A stretch of 59,503 bases of DNA from a virus. Lineage: Duplodnaviria > Caudoviricetes. The DNA is taken from positions 1 through 59,503 of IMG/VR virus record IMGVR_UViG_3300025430_000001; one strand, given 5' to 3'. The notes under the pieces are model-generated. The model was not told the DNA's origin. It did no database searches and saw only the letters and a list, made by a program, of their open reading frames with translations. Shown in pieces: positions 45,447 to 55,500 of this stretch. The stretch's first letter is position 1; every line of letters begins with the position of its first letter. A program made the translations under genes and the position numbers.

Positions 45447-45470
45447 AAAAGGGGGGCCGAAGCCCCCCTC
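45447..45470 (-). terminator. Rho-independent terminator (cUUCGg loop)
   Basis: GGGGGGC-TTCG-GCCCCCC-TTTT. Confidence 0.75.
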
Positions 45471-45476
45471 GACTTT

Positions 45477-45866
45477 TTACTTGCCGTGCTCTTCTGACTC
45501 GTAAGAGTGGTGGCCCTTAGGCTCCATACCCTTGTGAGCAGACGACAGTGGGTTCATGTTTGAACCTGAAGCGCGGCCACCCGACTTGCGTGGGGCGCGG
45601 TCTGCACGATGCTCGGCCTTGTGGCCTTCGTGGTGACCGACGTGCTTCTTGGCCTTGTGGATTTTGCCGCCGTGCTTACGCTTGTCGGCTTCCTTGACGA
45701 CGTTAGAATTGCCGCCTTCATAGACGTCATGTGGAGCTTCGTCAGAAGCCCAGTGACCTTCCATAGGCGATTCTACCTTGCCACCCTTCTTGTGCTCTGC
45801 ACGAGGATGCTTGTGATGCACACCGGCTTCCATATGGCCGTGGTGATGTCCTTTGTGACCCTTCAT
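45477..45866 (-). CDS. His/Lys-rich small protein with three xxGG motifs
   Basis: About 22 His in 129 aa; HKKGGKV, RKHGGKI, RKSGGRA; AAGGAG RBS. Confidence 0.75.
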   Translation of the reverse strand: MKGHKGHHHGHMEAGVHHKHPRAEHKKGGKVESPMEGHWASDEAPHDVYEGGNSNVVKEADKRKHGGKIHKAKKHVGHHEGHKAEHRADRAPRKSGGRASGSNMNPLSSAHKGMEPKGHHSYESEEHGK

Positions 45867-45876
45867 GGCTCACTCC

Positions 45877-47076
45877 TTAGAAGTTGTAGTATTGGGTTGA
45901 GCCAAACAGACCCGTGGTATACGGAGCCATGTAGGCCTGCGGGGACTGACGAACGATCAGCTTGTTGGCACCGCTGCTTGAGGTAGCGGCGTAGGTTCCA
46001 CGAACGTCTGCCGTCGTTGCCGATGGCGTGGTACGGTCAGCGGGGAGATAGCCCGTTGCAGCAGTGACCAAGGTCGAGGCAACCAAAGAGGTTGCATAGT
46101 TGACAATGATGTCGCCGAACGTATCCGAACGAAGTGGAAGACCAAACACGTCAGCAGTACCGACCGAATAGGCGTGGGTCGTATCAGCCGTGCCGCCCGA
46201 AAGCACCACAGACTTGATGTACTTGAACGCTTTTCTGCCGTTAACCGTGCTACCTGCAGTGATCGTAATGGCTTCAGACATTGGATACCCGTAGATATCA
46301 TAGCCGTTAACCGTTGCGGTTGCGTAAGTAGCACTTGCTGCTGCCGTAATGCTCACTGCGCGACCAAGAAGAGCTTGTGGGCTCCAGTTGGCCATGCTTA
46401 ACGTCTGAGCATTGTTTGGAACGGCACACTGAGCAGGCGTCTGGTAAGCCAAAGTAACTGTACCAGAAGTTGCCGTCAGGTTGCCCGTAAGCTGGTATGT
46501 ACCGGTTGTACCTTGCGAAACCGAAGAATAGGTGCCGGTTGTCGTAAGCTGCGCGATAATCTGTGAACCAAGGGCAGTTCCTTGCGAAACCGTACCAGTG
46601 GTTGCCAAAATTACCATGCCGGGGCCAATTGGCATCTGGTTGGTCGAAGTCGTGACCGTCAAAATGCCGTTTGAAACCGTACCAGTTACCGATGCATAAG
46701 CATCAAGAGCAAGAACCGTGTCAGTTGCGCCCGTATCCGCACGAACAAAATTCGTGGAATAATAAACGCCAGTTGTGGAGGAGTTAGAAGTGACCAACGA
46801 GAGCGTTGCACTTGTAGGGTTAGCCGAAGCAACAATTGCTGCCGAAGCCGCCGTATAAGGCACCGCACTCAAGGTCGTGATGTTATCGAACCCAAGCCAG
46901 CCAAAATCAATGGCCGCCTGTGCTTCACCCGGAAGATAGGTGTAAGGCAAGCGTGGGTCGAGGAAGCCTGCACCTGCATAAAACAGGGACGAGCCGCCGA
47001 TATCGGGGTTGTAATCAGCACTTGTGGCAGCTTGGCCAAAAGCGATGAAAGGACCAGTGAATGCGTCTACAGCCAT
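45877..47076 (-). CDS. Putative virion structural protein
   Basis: 399 aa, Thr/Ala-rich, directly downstream of the capsid gene; GYDIYG..MSE...GRKAFK. Confidence 0.75.
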   Translation of the reverse strand: MAVDAFTGPFIAFGQAATSADYNPDIGGSSLFYAGAGFLDPRLPYTYLPGEAQAAIDFGWLGFDNITTLSAVPYTAASAAIVASANPTSATLSLVTSNSSTTGVYYSTNFVRADTGATDTVLALDAYASVTGTVSNGILTVTTSTNQMPIGPGMVILATTGTVSQGTALGSQIIAQLTTTGTYSSVSQGTTGTYQLTGNLTATSGTVTLAYQTPAQCAVPNNAQTLSMANWSPQALLGRAVSITAAASATYATATVNGYDIYGYPMSEAITITAGSTVNGRKAFKYIKSVVLSGGTADTTHAYSVGTADVFGLPLRSDTFGDIIVNYATSLVASTLVTAATGYLPADRTTPSATTADVRGTYAATSSSGANKLIVRQSPQAYMAPYTTGLFGSTQYYNF

Positions 47077-47088
47077 AGTAACTTCTCC

Positions 47089-48000
47089 TTACGAAGTTGG
47101 GAACGAACCGTAGATCGAACGCCAGTTGTAATAGCCAAACGAGTAACGCTCATAACCCTTTACAAGTAGATTATCAGTAACAAAATCCACTTGCATGTCA
47201 GTTTCGAACTTTACGCGCTCCATATAGGCTAAACCGTCGATGTTGGTAAGTAAGAACCAAGCATATGGCGAGGTCAAGAAGTCGTTGACCATGTAACCTT
47301 CTGGAAGACCACCGGCAGTCGTCATGAGCGCGTTGACATCGTTGTCAGCAGTACCCGGACGCAATTCAGTCTTCAGAAGACGGATTGCAACTGGCTCCAA
47401 CTGAGGAGGGATAATCAACTTGCGACCACGAGCAAACACCTTCAGACCGGCCTGATCCTTGAAGTTCGTGCGGATTGCGATCATCGCATTCAGCAAGGTG
47501 GCTTCGTTAAGATCAACCTGCGTGGTTGGGGTGTTGGCAACCGTACCGCCGTCGATAGGATGCGCCGTGGAGCAGAGTGCCACACCGTCGCCGCCGACCG
47601 CTGCATTGTAGGTCGTTGCCGTATTCAAGAGGTTCGCGCCGTAGATTTCCTTGGTCTGCTGGAAAGATTCCATCAAGCCGAGGTTCGAAGGGGTGAACTG
47701 GGTCTTGTAGAGGTTGTCGTCGATTGCCTTACGGGTAATCGCGTAGCCGAGAGCAATTTCAGTGTGCTCTTGGTTGTACACAAAACGCTCACCCGAGCCC
47801 GAATCGAAAGCCGTCTGGCCACCTTCGCTCTTAAGCTGAGCGAGGCCGAGGTAGCGCATTTCTGCGGTACGTTCGAGAGCCATCTTCGAATCGTGCTTAG
47901 TGAAAATCTTGTCGTACTGAGATGGGATCATCTCATACTTGCCTTCAATGCCACGGAGACCGGGGAGCAAAAGGTCTTTAATCTGTGATAGAATAACCAT
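47089..48000 (-). CDS. Major capsid protein (HK97 fold, Mu gpT-like)
   Basis: LLLPGL, K.EG....FD, ALGYAIT..AIDDNLY, DGVALCSTAHP, LIIPPQL, ERYSFG...WR..YGS. Confidence 0.9.
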   Translation of the reverse strand: MVILSQIKDLLLPGLRGIEGKYEMIPSQYDKIFTKHDSKMALERTAEMRYLGLAQLKSEGGQTAFDSGSGERFVYNQEHTEIALGYAITRKAIDDNLYKTQFTPSNLGLMESFQQTKEIYGANLLNTATTYNAAVGGDGVALCSTAHPIDGGTVANTPTTQVDLNEATLLNAMIAIRTNFKDQAGLKVFARGRKLIIPPQLEPVAIRLLKTELRPGTADNDVNALMTTAGGLPEGYMVNDFLTSPYAWFLLTNIDGLAYMERVKFETDMQVDFVTDNLLVKGYERYSFGYYNWRSIYGSFPTS

Positions 48001-48013
48001 GACAAATTACTCC

Positions 48014-48637
48014 TTACGAGATGCCAGTTGGGCCAGCGCCATTCGTGCGCCAGACTTCGTTGTTGAAGCCGACAATCAAATTGCAATACTGGGTTGTTGG
48101 ATCGCCGCCGTTACCAAACGAAGTGGCATAGTCTACGACGATGAATGGGAAGGTGACCGTGGTGCCGACCGAGGAGATGTAAGCGCCAGAACGACCGGTC
48201 GAGGTGTTACCCGTGCCGATGGTGAACTGGGCATACTGGCCTTGGACGCCAGAAGTCTGGGCGGTAGCCGTGCCCGTGATCGGGAAACCCGAACCGGAAG
48301 ACTGGACAACGAAACGAGCGTTTGGATCATCGATCACATATGCTTCGACGTCGTAAGAGCAATCCGAACCCGGCCAATAAGACGACCAAACGGTGCGCTT
48401 CTGGGAGGTCGAGAGATACTTACAACCAACAAAAATACCGGCGAGAACCGTGGTTCCGGCTGCGGCCTGCGTGATGTAACCGTTAGCTGTGCTAACGACG
48501 GGCATTACCGGATCGCCAGTGAAAACTGCCGTGGTATTACCTGAAGCGATTTTGCGGGGGGATTGTGCGAACGTCGGTGCGCCGCCTGCTCCGCCCTGAT
48601 ACTGCAAGAAACCGTAGGGCGCAAAGGTATTGGCCAT
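48014..48637 (-). CDS. Putative capsid decoration protein
   Basis: APYGF...IASG...FTGDPV...GIFVGC.Y...YVIDDP.A.F.VQ; directly upstream of the capsid gene. Confidence 0.7.
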   Translation of the reverse strand: MANTFAPYGFLQYQGGAGGAPTFAQSPRKIASGNTTAVFTGDPVMPVVSTANGYITQAAAGTTVLAGIFVGCKYLSTSQKRTVWSSYWPGSDCSYDVEAYVIDDPNARFVVQSSGSGFPITGTATAQTSGVQGQYAQFTIGTGNTSTGRSGAYISSVGTTVTFPFIVVDYATSFGNGGDPTTQYCNLIVGFNNEVWRTNGAGPTGIS

Positions 48638-48739
48638 GACGGGATTCTCCTTTCAGAGAGTTTCCATCATCGCGCACCGAGCCGACTATGAAACGGACAT
48701 TGTTTTAATCTCCCACACCGGGGGGAGAGCGAGGATGGC

Positions 48740-48769
48740 AATATAGACACACTTGCATCTATAAGTAAA
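48740..48769 (-). promoter_or_regulatory. Putative promoter for the capsid operon
   Basis: TTTACT-18 nt-TATATT immediately after a terminator hairpin. Confidence 0.45.
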
Positions 48770-48791
48770 GGGGGCCGAAGCCCCCTTTTTT
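48767..48791. terminator. Terminator hairpin (cUUCGg), same stem-loop as at 45447
   Basis: AAAGGGGGCCGAAGCCCCCTTTTTT. Confidence 0.7.
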
Positions 48792-48792
48792 A

Positions 48793-49314
48793 TTATTGCT
48801 CTGGAACGTACAGATTGTGGTCCTTGGTGATCTTTGGAGCCACCTGAGCGTCCTCGCGGCTGATCAAGCCACCCTTGCCCTTCGGGTCAAGCTGGCCTTC
48901 CTTCATGCGGACCTGAGCCCGTGCATTGCGAAGGTCACGAGCCTTGATGTCGTTCGTGATTTCTGCAGGGCGCTCACAGAGCACCATGCCGTCACGCTCG
49001 ATAGCGCCGACAGCGCCACGGGGCATCATGTCTGGGTGCCGCGAAGTATCGACCGGCTCCCAGCCCGAACGGGCCATCTTCTGCAGATATGCAGCGTCAA
49101 CATAGCCCATGACCGACTTGACTTTCCACTCATACGACCAGCCATCCGGTGGGATCGGCGTGGCAAACTTATCGGAACCTTCGTCAACCGTGGCGTTGTT
49201 GTGGTCGCGAAGTTCCGCGACACGACGTGCCGCGCGTTCAGCGGAAGTTTCTTCATGCAGCGCTGCCGGGCGCAATGACAAACGGCCTTCGTCTTTAATC
49301 GTCTTCATATCCAT
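48793..49314 (-). CDS. Head-module protein
   Basis: PPDGWSYEWK..SVMG...GWEPV...HP...IERDGMVLCERP. Confidence 0.75.
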   Translation of the reverse strand: MDMKTIKDEGRLSLRPAALHEETSAERAARRVAELRDHNNATVDEGSDKFATPIPPDGWSYEWKVKSVMGYVDAAYLQKMARSGWEPVDTSRHPDMMPRGAVGAIERDGMVLCERPAEITNDIKARDLRNARAQVRMKEGQLDPKGKGGLISREDAQVAPKITKDHNLYVPEQ

Positions 49315-49323
49315 ATTCCTTTC

Positions 49324-50175
49324 TTAACCAGCCATCCGACCGGATTTTACGAGTGCGACTTTATTTTGGGCGTATTCTTTCGGCGTCATGCCCATGTCTT
49401 TTGCAGCTTCCTGCTCGGCACGGGACAGAGTGACGACGTTTGGACGACCCCCGGTGCCCGTTCCAGAACGGGACACAGGTGCGGCAGGCGGTGCAGATGC
49501 CCGACGGCCCGAGGTTGATTCCGAGGCTTCTGACATGGCTGCTTCCTGACGCACGGGCGTTTTATTGATGTTGAGGCGATTTTCGAGGAAGTTGAAGTAG
49601 TCTGGACTATCCGGCTGGATGCCATCATCGAGCGCGTCGAAGTGCGCCCTCTGCAAACGAGCTGCACGGCGCTCGTCATTGACCACATCTGGGTTGTTGC
49701 GAACCCATTCAGCCGACTTTGGCGTCAATTGTGATGCCAATGCCTCTACTTTGTTGGCTACGGGGGCTTTAATCTGCGCCTCGTAGTGCTTTTTTCCTTC
49801 AGTAATCTGCCGAAGGTTGTTTTCCGTCTGGTTGATGGCCATCAGGATGTCGGCTTGGGCGTCAGTGTCGCCGTTTGCCACCGCTTCGCGAAGATTTTCC
49901 TTTAAAATCTCCTTATTGCGGCCTTCCGTCTCAATTGCGGTGTTTAACATCCGCAAATCGCTGTCTGCCTTGTCGTTTGTAGCTACACGAGCCTGCTGTT
50001 CGGCACGTTGACGGGCAGCTTTCTCGGCTTCAAGCTCACGGCGAAGGGCTTCAATGCCATCATCGACCGTAATTTCGGGTTTTGTCTTGATAACAGGCTC
50101 TTCTGGAGCCTCCACGATGACAATGTCGTCCTCTGGGGCTGTTTCCAGCTCCAATTCTACCTGATTGTCTTCCAT
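49324..50175 (-). CDS. Capsid scaffolding protein
   Basis: Acidic coiled coil; W...NP, G..PDS.DYF, C-terminal VTLSRAEQEAAKDMGMTPKEYA. Confidence 0.75.
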   Translation of the reverse strand: MEDNQVELELETAPEDDIVIVEAPEEPVIKTKPEITVDDGIEALRRELEAEKAARQRAEQQARVATNDKADSDLRMLNTAIETEGRNKEILKENLREAVANGDTDAQADILMAINQTENNLRQITEGKKHYEAQIKAPVANKVEALASQLTPKSAEWVRNNPDVVNDERRAARLQRAHFDALDDGIQPDSPDYFNFLENRLNINKTPVRQEAAMSEASESTSGRRASAPPAAPVSRSGTGTGGRPNVVTLSRAEQEAAKDMGMTPKEYAQNKVALVKSGRMAG

Positions 50176-50185
50176 TTTTATCTCC

Positions 50186-50578
50186 TTACCACACTGAATC
50201 TGGGTGCTTTACGCGTCCACGGATCACAACATCGTCCATGAGACGGCAAGGCTGGCCATTAATGGCAACAGACCAACCATCAGATGGGCGAAACACAACC
50301 CAATCGCCTACATTGACGTCCGCATCCTTAAACCAACGACCGGTTTCGTCTTCAAAGGCAGACGGCCCCTTCTTCACAACAAGGCCAACCTTGCCCTGAT
50401 ACTTGTCTTGCTCAGTCGTTTCGTCCGCCAAAATGATGCCGGACTTGGTTTTGTTGGGACGAATGTAGATTGCGACGAGGATGTTGTTGTTAAACACTTC
50501 GACTTCGTTGAGATCGCCGAGGCTGGCCAACAAATCTTCCTTAAAATTGTCAGCATGTGTCATCTTCATAGGAGGCAT
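50186..50578 (-). CDS. GroES/Cpn10-like co-chaperonin
   Basis: KTKSGIIL...VGLVVKKGP.AF....VGDWVVF...RLMDD. Confidence 0.8.
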   Translation of the reverse strand: MPPMKMTHADNFKEDLLASLGDLNEVEVFNNNILVAIYIRPNKTKSGIILADETTEQDKYQGKVGLVVKKGPSAFEDETGRWFKDADVNVGDWVVFRPSDGWSVAINGQPCRLMDDVVIRGRVKHPDSVW

Positions 50579-50775
50579 TAGAATTTCTCCGCACTGGTTT
50601 GAGCGATATCAAACATTTCCTGAACCGCGTGGAAGGCCTGAACCATGCCCACGTATTTTTGGTATGTTGCATAATCGGCCACGTACCCCGTGGAGATGTA
50701 GCTAACGATCTTCTTCTCTTCTTCGTCGATTAACTTTCGCAATTCGTTTGCGAATTTCGCTGCTGTAGTTTGCAT
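50578..50775 (-). CDS. Hypothetical protein
   Basis: ATG at 50775; DYATYQKYVG. Confidence 0.7.
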   Translation of the reverse strand: MQTTAAKFANELRKLIDEEEKKIVSYISTGYVADYATYQKYVGMVQAFHAVQEMFDIAQTSAEKF

Positions 50776-50881
50776 ATTGCCCTCTTTAACCCCTTGTAAT
50801 GATAGACCGGACGCCCCAAGGGGCTGGAAAGGCGTCCGGTCCTCTCTCATCCGGGCGGTTGCGAACCCCGCCCAGAGAAAC

Positions 50882-52549
50882 TTATTTGCCGCGTGGCTTT
50901 AGGCCGTAGGCTTCGATCTTTTCGAGCCGTGCATTCCCGCCGCCTGCGCCGCTATCAATCGGATAGCCGGTACGGCCACCAGACTTGCGAGGCATTGGGT
51001 AACCCATAGGCTGCTGCATAGGCTGGCCCATCATTGGCTGCTGCTGCATCATTGGCTGCATGCCACCGGCATTACCCAACGAACCACCGACCATCTTGCC
51101 GGTACGACCACCGGTAGCACGGGGCATCTGCGGAGGCATCTGCGGAGGCATCTGAGGAGCGCCGCCTGCCATCTGCGGAGGTGGAACAGGAACGCCCATA
51201 GGAGGCTTTGGTGGCATCACAGGAGCATTAGGCATGTTGGCTTGATCCTGACCGCCGCGAGGTGCCATCACGATGTTGATCGTGGTGGTGCCCTTGGTAC
51301 GGCCACCCTTGGCATGCTGAGCGCGGCCACCCTTTGCATAGATCATGTTAGGATCGGTGTTGCCGTAATAATCGCCGATATCGCTCAAAGCGGCACCCAA
51401 AGCTTTTTCACGGCGATCTGGGGAGAACACACTTTGCGTTGGAGCAGCGCCTGTATTAGGTGTCCCACCGACACGAACAGGGGCATTCATTGCCGCACGT
51501 TGCGCGGGGTCCATCATGCCTTGGCTCATCATCCCCGTATCTGGAGTGCTGCGCATGATAGATGGCGAGGCTGCCGAACGGAGAGGAACGGCGGCTGGCA
51601 TAACGCCACGGCTTGGACCCTGCGCTGCCAATGCAGCCTGACGATCCTGCGGTTTCATTGCAGCAATTTGATCAGGAGTTGCCTTATCAAGATCACTCCA
51701 ACCCGTCAGAAAGTTATAGTTTGCCATTGGCATTACGGTATCGCTGACATCGCGGCCACCACCGGCACGAGCCTTGCGACCGCCGACAGCTCCGGGGTTC
51801 TTCTGTTTGGAGTTGCCAGAGAAGATGCCACCGCCGGAATACTTGCCGGTACGGGCCTCAGGCTTGACCATGCGCTTGATCAGCGCCTTGTCTTCGGCGA
51901 CGTCTGGGTGCTTGATCTTGCCGCCCTTCTTTTTGCCCTGCGTGGTAAGGTTTGTGTCGGGCATAAAGTTGTGCTTGTCTTCAGCGCCGTGATAGATCGG
52001 TGCGCCTGTTGCTGGTAGGCCACGACCCGGCATGCCACGAGGCTGCTCTGGGTTTTTGTTTAGATAGTCAGCAATTGCATCACCGCCATCGGCCCTCTTG
52101 GTCCGGCCACCCTTCTTCATAGCGCCAGAAGCCTTGCCCATGGCCTTGTTTTGATCGGAAACAGGATTGTTGCCAATCATGCCGCCGCCAAACTTATTGG
52201 TGCGACCGCCCTTCTTGAACGCGCCCTCATGCTTGATGCCTTCACGGACATCATTAGCCATGCGCACGTCGCGGTTGATCAGGTTGTCGGGGGTCAGCGC
52301 ACGGCCACCGGCCTTGCGGGGCTTGCGGTCGGCGCGTTTCATGGCGTCTGCGCCGATGACTTTGCCACCCTTCTTGTACAGGCGCTTTGTAAGCGGACGT
52401 GCGCCGGTCTTCACACCTGCATTTTCAGGAGCCGATGGCGTCCACGTCGAGCTATCGACCTTTTGCTGTGGGTCGTTCTTGGTAAGGCGCTGGGCCTTCG
52501 ACCGGCCACGGTCGTCTTTCTTGTATTCTTCCATAGTAACGTACTCCAA
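50882..52549 (-). CDS. Basic low-complexity protein with about 14 xxGG motifs
   Basis: KKGGKV, KAGGRA, KKGGRT, RADGG, AKGGR, ATGGR, KSGGR; PQMP repeats. Confidence 0.8.
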   Translation of the reverse strand: MEYVTMEEYKKDDRGRSKAQRLTKNDPQQKVDSSTWTPSAPENAGVKTGARPLTKRLYKKGGKVIGADAMKRADRKPRKAGGRALTPDNLINRDVRMANDVREGIKHEGAFKKGGRTNKFGGGMIGNNPVSDQNKAMGKASGAMKKGGRTKRADGGDAIADYLNKNPEQPRGMPGRGLPATGAPIYHGAEDKHNFMPDTNLTTQGKKKGGKIKHPDVAEDKALIKRMVKPEARTGKYSGGGIFSGNSKQKNPGAVGGRKARAGGGRDVSDTVMPMANYNFLTGWSDLDKATPDQIAAMKPQDRQAALAAQGPSRGVMPAAVPLRSAASPSIMRSTPDTGMMSQGMMDPAQRAAMNAPVRVGGTPNTGAAPTQSVFSPDRREKALGAALSDIGDYYGNTDPNMIYAKGGRAQHAKGGRTKGTTTINIVMAPRGGQDQANMPNAPVMPPKPPMGVPVPPPQMAGGAPQMPPQMPPQMPRATGGRTGKMVGGSLGNAGGMQPMMQQQPMMGQPMQQPMGYPMPRKSGGRTGYPIDSGAGGGNARLEKIEAYGLKPRGK

Positions 52550-52554
52550 AGTTG

Positions 52555-55500
52555 TTAGCGGCGTCCCGCTTTGCTGCCAGTGGGTTGATAGTTTGACGCA
52601 GGCAACTTTGCGCCAAATTTCGAGATCACATGATCTGTCATCTGAGAGCCGACTGTGCGTCGGTAAACCTTGCCACCTTTCTTGAATGGCTGTTCAACCC
52701 ATTGAAATGTACCATCTGGCATCTGCTTCTGTACCATATGTGTCTTACCACCGCCGTTGCCATTGGTGGGCCTAGTTTGGTTCTGCATTCCCATTAAATC
52801 ATATTGAGCATGAGTAAACGCATCGGAAGGCGACATACCTTGATCGACATACTGCTTTTGTTGCCGATCAAGAATTTGCTGCTGGCTCTGGCCAAAGATG
52901 CCTGCAACATTATTCACAAGGCCCGATATAGGGTTGCTTGGCTCGTATGTCGATGGATTGATCGGCGGCAATGGCACGTTGGCAGGCGGTGCTGCTGCTA
53001 TCGGGGTAGTAGTTGGGGTAGGCGCAGGGGGGTTAACCGCTACCGGGGTAGCAGTTGCGGTCGCAGGCGTCGGCGTATACGGGGCGGCAGGCTGCACCAT
53101 TGGCACAGCTCCAGTTGCGGGTGTTCCGCCAAGATGTGTTGCGTCATCCGCAGTGGGCGTTGGCGTGTGCGGGAATGCTGGCTGGGTGATATCTTTTGGC
53201 TGTGCGGCAGCCAAAATCGATTCAAGGGGCGTTCCTGTTGCGGATGTAATAGGATTATTGTTGTCTGCCGTCGAAGGCGTTGGCGTATGCGGTGCCATTG
53301 GTTGCGTCGAAGAATCACCGCCGTAAAACGCGCCAGCTTGTGGCGGTTGCTGTCCAAAAGTTGTTGTCGCGCCAGTAGGACCAAACGCATTGATCAGAGC
53401 CGCCGTAGCGGCGCTTGCAGCACTTGGAGGCGCTTCGGCAGCAGTTGCCTGCGCGTTGGTCACGCCATTGTTGAGCACCGACATACGTTCGGCTTGAGCT
53501 TGCCGAGTTGCGGCGACATCGGCAGCGGACTTGTTAACCGCAGCCTCGTTTTCGCCTGAATGGAACCCAGCCCAGCTTGGGATCGGGCCTTGGCTGGCAA
53601 GCTTTTCAGCTTCGGACGGTGGAGCGCCCCGATCTTCAACGCTTGCTTCGGGAGCCGACTGCTCTGATTCGCCGCGACCGACAGCGTTTAGTGATTCGTG
53701 CTCGGTTGGGCCGCCATCATCAAACGCGTCACGGTGATGCCAAATACTGCCCTCTACCTTGCCACCCTTTTTATATGCACGGCGCACCGACCCGCCAGTG
53801 GATTCATGTTCTGGTTTTTTACCGTATCTTTGAATAGCAGGGGTATCAGCAGTAATATTTACTGGTCGAACATAAGACCCAGAGCGGACATCACCTAATC
53901 CAGATGCACCTTGCTGAGTTCCATGCCAAGAAGCGGCACGTTCATCGCCTTTTCCTGCCATTTTAAAAATTTCATCAACTGCTTGCGAATGATTTAATTC
54001 GCCTTGTGCATAGCGTTGCCAAATATCACGAGCCGCTTTTTGCATTTTTGGGCCTTTGTCACTAAACAAAGTACGGACACGCTCCCACGTTACAGATTGC
54101 ATTTCAGAAGGATGAACGCCTCGTGCCCAAGCTGCCTTGCGAACTGATTCTGCATGAATAGGATAATCGCCAATTGCTCCTGTAGAACCTGTTTTCTTTG
54201 GCGAATCTTCTTTAACCCAAGGCTCGTTTACACGTTCAAGATAAGCCTTGCCTTTTTTATCAGGGGACGTGCCAAAATTACGATGTACAGCTTTAGCCGC
54301 TGATCCATGAGGCAACAAATCACCTGCGGCAACAGCATGCGTATCAATAACGACGCCATTTGGATCATGTGGATTGGTAATCACATTGTAAAATTCACGA
54401 ACTTTGTGATTGTTACCAATTTGTTGATTAATGTTTTCAAGGCTTGGATTATGCCAAATGCTGATAGCTTTTTGAATTGGAAGATAAGAATTCCACGAGG
54501 ATGTATCGGGGGCCGACCCAGATTTGTTCATCATAGTCCCAATAAACTGACCGGTAGGGCTTACAGCATTATATTCAGTTGGGTTATGCGCCTCATCAAA
54601 CGCACGGGACCACATTGCAGCACGAGCCTCGCCATGCGGTCCTGCAAGAACTTCACGCAAAGTTTTTCCTTGGATGTCCGACCACTTGTGCGGCCCTGTT
54701 TCCTTTGTTCCCTTCATCTGTGGCAAACCTTTGCCGCCAGATCCGCCATTTTTAATCACATCTGACATGCCGTTTGTCCACGGCGTATCAAGATGGTGGT
54801 GCAAAATATCCATTAACCGTTCGGCCTGCGTAACATTTTTGTCCCAAGGGTTTTGGGGCGACAATACAGCCATAATTCCATGCGCTGCACGAGGCATAAT
54901 GTCGTGTTCATCTGCGTATGCATTACCAAGAGCGTGTGCCGCACGATACCAAAACCGACTTGTTTGCCGTTGTGCAGGTGGCGTTCGATCCCAAATTTCT
55001 AAAAGATTTTTGGTTTGGAAATCTGTTGCTCTTTTAATGGCTTCTTCGCCATCAACAACATTATATCCAGAAGCGGGATGATTGCGCCACATGCGAAGTG
55101 CGCTTGCTTCAAGGTTTTTCCTTGAATGCTGCTCTGGAGATATGTCTTGTCGTGCCTCACCCTCTTTAGGTGGGCCTTTATAGGCGGAGACGGTCTTCGG
55201 CATAAGAGCGGAAACCGTATTGGGGTTAGGTTGCCCCGGCGCTAACGTATCGCCAAAGTTTACTTCGCCTTTGTATCCGCCGCCTTGGCGGTGTGCTTCT
55301 TCGAGGAGTTCTCCAAGTCGAGCTTCCGCTTTGGTACGAAGAGAATCGTAGGCTTCCGATGTGGATGCTCGGGATGGTTCGCTGGTCGATGACCCAGATA
55401 TGCCATAATTTGTCCCATGTTCTGGAAATGAAATATTGGTAGGATAAGAGGACACATCATATTGCCCCTTAAGGTGTTTGTCTATGGCTTTTGCATGTTC

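Noticed and set aside
51242-53559. Long plus-strand ORFs (258 aa and 251 aa)
   Set aside because: They are antisense to GC-rich low-complexity genes and have no independent coding signal.
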